Positions 18,950 through 22,007 of a DNA stretch of 22,007 bases are shown here, piece by piece. The notes beneath the pieces are model-generated. The model saw only the letters and a program-made list of their open reading frames with translations. It made no database searches and was not told the origin of the DNA. The stretch comes from Fonticula alba ATCC 38817. Its lineage: Eukaryota; Protista; Nucleariida. The stretch is from assembly GCA_000388065.2 (NCBI GenBank), contig KB932232.1. One strand, given 5' to 3'. Every line of letters starts with the position of its first letter. Position 1 is the stretch's first letter. Both the position numbers and the translations under genes were made by a program.

Positions 18950-20720
18950 TAAGTGAGACTGATCGGGGGAGAGGAGTGTCACCTAAGGTTGTGTTCCTGC
19001 CCGCGACGCTGGGCTGCCAGCATCAGGGTAACTCTTCTATCGCCGGCCACCCTCCCCCAGGGGGGGGGGGGGGCGGAGGGGCACATGCACGGAGGGCGAA
19101 AAGCCGGCTCTCCCTGTCGCACTCTTTCTGCCGCGGCGGGGGGGGGGCCAGGGTGACACCCCTCTAACCGGTCTGCCTGTCTCCGAGCCCACTGGCGCGC
19201 ATACAGCCGGGAAGACCGAAGACAGGGCAGGCCCATGCGCTCCGGGTCCGCGGGAAGGGGGCGGGGGGGGAGCCCCCCAGGGTGCCGACTTCCCGTCGAA
19301 CGCCCCATCCTCGCCCAGCAACTCCCCCCGAACGCCTGGAGGCCGCACATCGTGCGGGGGGAGAGACCGAACAGCACCGGGCATCCCCCGGGGCCTGACC
19401 GAGAGGCCTCCTATGCCCGCCTTCCCTGGCCTCCCCAGTGGCGAGTCCTCCTACGAGGCAGGAAGATGTGGCACTCGGCCCGGGGTGCCGCCGGCCCGCC
19501 CCCTCCGGGAGCTGGGCGGGATGAAGCACTAAACGCGGCACTTCTCCAGGGCGACATCCCCCGAGTGTAGCGTATTTCCGAGCGTGCGTGCGTGCGTACG
19601 TGCGTGTGGACTCCGGACGTCATTATTTCCTGACACCAGGAGCCGCACGCCGCATTCCCCACATCCTAGCACGCGGGGGGGGGGGGGGGGGGGAGCACCC
19701 CACACAGGACCAGGGAAGGAGGCGGAGCCGCCGCTGGCCCGGAAGAGAGACCCTAGAGCCTCCGCAAGGCGTGCGCGCCAGCCCTCTCTGCCGCGGCCCC
19801 CCATCCCCGGCTTCGTGAGCACTCGGTCGCGCGCACGCACGCGCGCGCGCGGCCCTGGGAAATACTAAAAGACATGGCGGGCAACCCTCCGCACATGACT
19901 CCCCACCGGCCTGCAACTCTCGCACATTCTCCGGTCCACATCGCCCCCGGCGCGCCGGGAGCCTTCCTGCCCGCCTCGACCAGAAGCCCCGCAGAGCGAG
20001 GCATGGAACAACCCTGGTAGGGAGCGCGCCCCGGCAGCCCCTGGGTCTTGGTGGACTAGGATACCCGCGCTGTGTGTCCCGGCGCAGCGCGGGCCCATGG
20101 CAAACAAGCGGCCGCCGGAGGCCCGCATCCGGAAAACCCTTGACGCCCCACGGCGTCAGGAGGCTGATCGCGCGCTCACGCCGCGAAGAGTTTTTTACCC
20201 CGACAGCGGCCGGCTGCATAATGAGTCCAGGGAGCAAGTGCGAGCCCCCCCCCCGCCCCCCCCCGCAAACTCTCGCCTACAACACACACACTTTCACATA
20301 TTTATAGATACGCCAGCGTGCACCCTCGCCAACACGCAAGACGCCCACCGGAGGGGGGAGGGGGGCAGCGGCGGGGGGTGAAGGAACCGCGGGACATCAG
20401 ATTCCCGAGAATGTGATTCAGTACTTCTGTGCTGGATATCCAGATGGGTGGACCCTGTTGCTCCCGAGTTCTACGACTTCTCCTGCGCTCCACTCCCGCC
20501 CCCGAAGGTGGCTGCGCCGATCGGCGCTTGGTTTGGCTCTGTCCCCTCCCCCCGCAAGAGATGTGGTCACCAGCGCACGCATCTATATTACTGTTGGGTT
20601 GCTCAGGAGGGTGAAAAAAAAACCAGCTCTAAAAAGAGACACGAGGAGATGGGCAGGGTGCTCTTGATGCGAAGATGCCCCCTTGGCGAAGGCCCGGCCG
20701 AGGCAGGCCCTTTTCTGCCT

Positions 20721-20769
20721 CCCCCCCCCCCCCCCCCCCCCCCTTTTGCCCCCCCCCCCCCCCCCCCCC
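20721..20769. repeat. Paired poly-C tracts (C23, TTTTG, C21) downstream of the methyltransferase stop
   Basis: Read directly. Confidence 0.85.
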
Positions 20770-20829
20770 GTCCCGGCTCCTCGGGCTCACACACACACGC
20801 ACACACAGCGGCAGGTCCGCCTGGCACAT

Positions 20830-21876
20830 CTAGGAGGCGGGCGCCGTCACAAGGTCGGAACCGGCAGCGGCAGCCGCCTCAGTGGCCGGCGAGGCCGCGG
20901 CCTCGGCCTCGGCCTCGGCCGACGTAGCCACCGCCGGGGGGGGCGGCACAAAGTCCGGATCCGGCGTGGCGATGATGCGCACGGATGTGCCGAAATGCCG
21001 GCGCTGGATCTCGGTAATGCGGAACCCGGCGGCCGTGACCATGGTCGAAACATTGCGATTGTGATAGCACCCGTGGCGCTTCAGCTGCCCCGGCAGCATG
21101 TAGTCCAGAATCCACTGCATCGGACGGAAGGTGGACGCGCCGTGATCCATCAGCAGCAGAACACCCCCCTCGGGCTCCAGGACGCGGCGCATTTCCAACA
21201 GAGCCGCATGCGGGTGCTCGATGCTGCAAAGGGCGAAGGTGGCCATGACCGATTGGAAAACCCCATCGGCGAAGGGCAGCGCATGGGCGCTGGCAACCAG
21301 GTACCGGCCGTGGGCCACTTCCGGGCAGAGGCGGTCGCGGTTTTCCGGCGCCCGGGCCTTGGCCTGAGCCGCGGCCACCATGCCGGCACTGAAATCCACG
21401 GCGGTGAAACTGCGGATCTGCCCGGGCTTGATGTACTCGCCATTGCGCCCGGTGCCGCAGGCCACTTCCAGGACGTGCCCATGCGCCCGGCTGGCGATAT
21501 ACTCGCGGTCCGCCCGCAGCATGGACACCTTTTCGCTGCCCTGCACCAGAGCATCATACCGGGGAGACAGTTGGTTGAAGGTGGCCAGGCGCTCCTCTTC
21601 AGAGGGGGGAGTAAACCCCGCCGGCAGGGTGAGGCTGGCGATGCGGGCCTCGGGGACATTGATCTTCTCCGGGGCCGGTCCAACCAGGGCCCCGGGGACA
21701 CGCCCGGCGTCGGAGACGGTGGTGGCCGCAGTGGCTGCGCGAGCCGCCATGGCGGCCACCGTCTCGGTCGAGATCGAGTCGTCCGCCATCCAGAAGCGAT
21801 TGAAGCCAATGGCCACAAGACAGCCCGACCCAAGGGCAAGGAGCCGGGTGTTCCGGTTCATCCCGAAGAAGGACAT
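20830..21876 (-). CDS. OMS1: Class I SAM-dependent methyltransferase, OMS1-like (probably mitochondrial membrane), single exon, 348 aa
   Basis: Uninterrupted ORF with an N-terminal basic/hydrophobic segment (RLLALGSGCLVAIGFNRFW). Motif I HVLEVACGTGRN, AVDFSAGM, SAHALPFADGVFQSVMATFALCS, RVLEPEGGVLLLMDHG, and GCYHNR...RRHFGT follow the recalled fungal OMS1/METTL7-type pattern. Confidence 0.8.
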   Translation of the reverse strand: MSFFGMNRNTRLLALGSGCLVAIGFNRFWMADDSISTETVAAMAARAATAATTVSDAGRVPGALVGPAPEKINVPEARIASLTLPAGFTPPSEEERLATFNQLSPRYDALVQGSEKVSMLRADREYIASRAHGHVLEVACGTGRNGEYIKPGQIRSFTAVDFSAGMVAAAQAKARAPENRDRLCPEVAHGRYLVASAHALPFADGVFQSVMATFALCSIEHPHAALLEMRRVLEPEGGVLLLMDHGASTFRPMQWILDYMLPGQLKRHGCYHNRNVSTMVTAAGFRITEIQRRHFGTSVRIIATPDPDFVPPPPAVATSAEAEAEAAASPATEAAAAAGSDLVTAPAS

Positions 21877-22007
21877 GCTTTTACGGCGGGACCCAGCGGA
21901 GAGTGGGGGGCTGCGGGCAAGAGGAGGACGGAAGGGGACAGGTGGGAGGAGGGACAGACAGAGATGAGGCAGGGGGGGTCCTTAGGCGGCCGCCATCGCG
22001 CCCGCGG

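Noticed and set aside
25-21967. Numerous overlapping 60-400 aa ORFs rich in Arg/Pro/Gly or SLSLSL/ERERER/HTHT
   Set aside because: These are shadow frames of GC-rich exons, translations of microsatellites, or ORFs extended through N runs. They have no domain signatures.

Overview
Eukaryotic, GC-rich, intron-rich genomic scaffold segment with four N-gaps; it is not prokaryotic, so the raw ORF track is fragmentary. Reading splice sites by hand gives seven protein-coding genes. On +: a 10-exon COG7-like tethering subunit, probably 5'-partial (68-4486). On -: a Vps1-type dynamin (7576-4833), TMEM42 (9037-8342), a divergent ARL6/ARL16-like Arf-family GTPase (10805-9545), complex I subunit NDUFV1 (15005-12715, with part of the last exon in a gap), RanBP1/Yrb1 (18671-17598) and an intronless OMS1-like SAM methyltransferase (21876-20830). 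The gene mix and intron style suggest a holomycotan/opisthokont protist such as Fonticula; this is inference and was not verified. The most notable observations are: (i) all 24 reconstructed donors have a pyrimidine at +4, mostly GTGCGT; (ii) the Arf-like GTPase lacks the switch II Gln and carries a 71-aa insert; (iii) an Illumina adapter remnant sits between 170-bp duplicates and creates a false exon. No mobile element, CRISPR array, tRNA or rRNA was found. I see no convincing novel multi-gene system; the window is mostly housekeeping genes.
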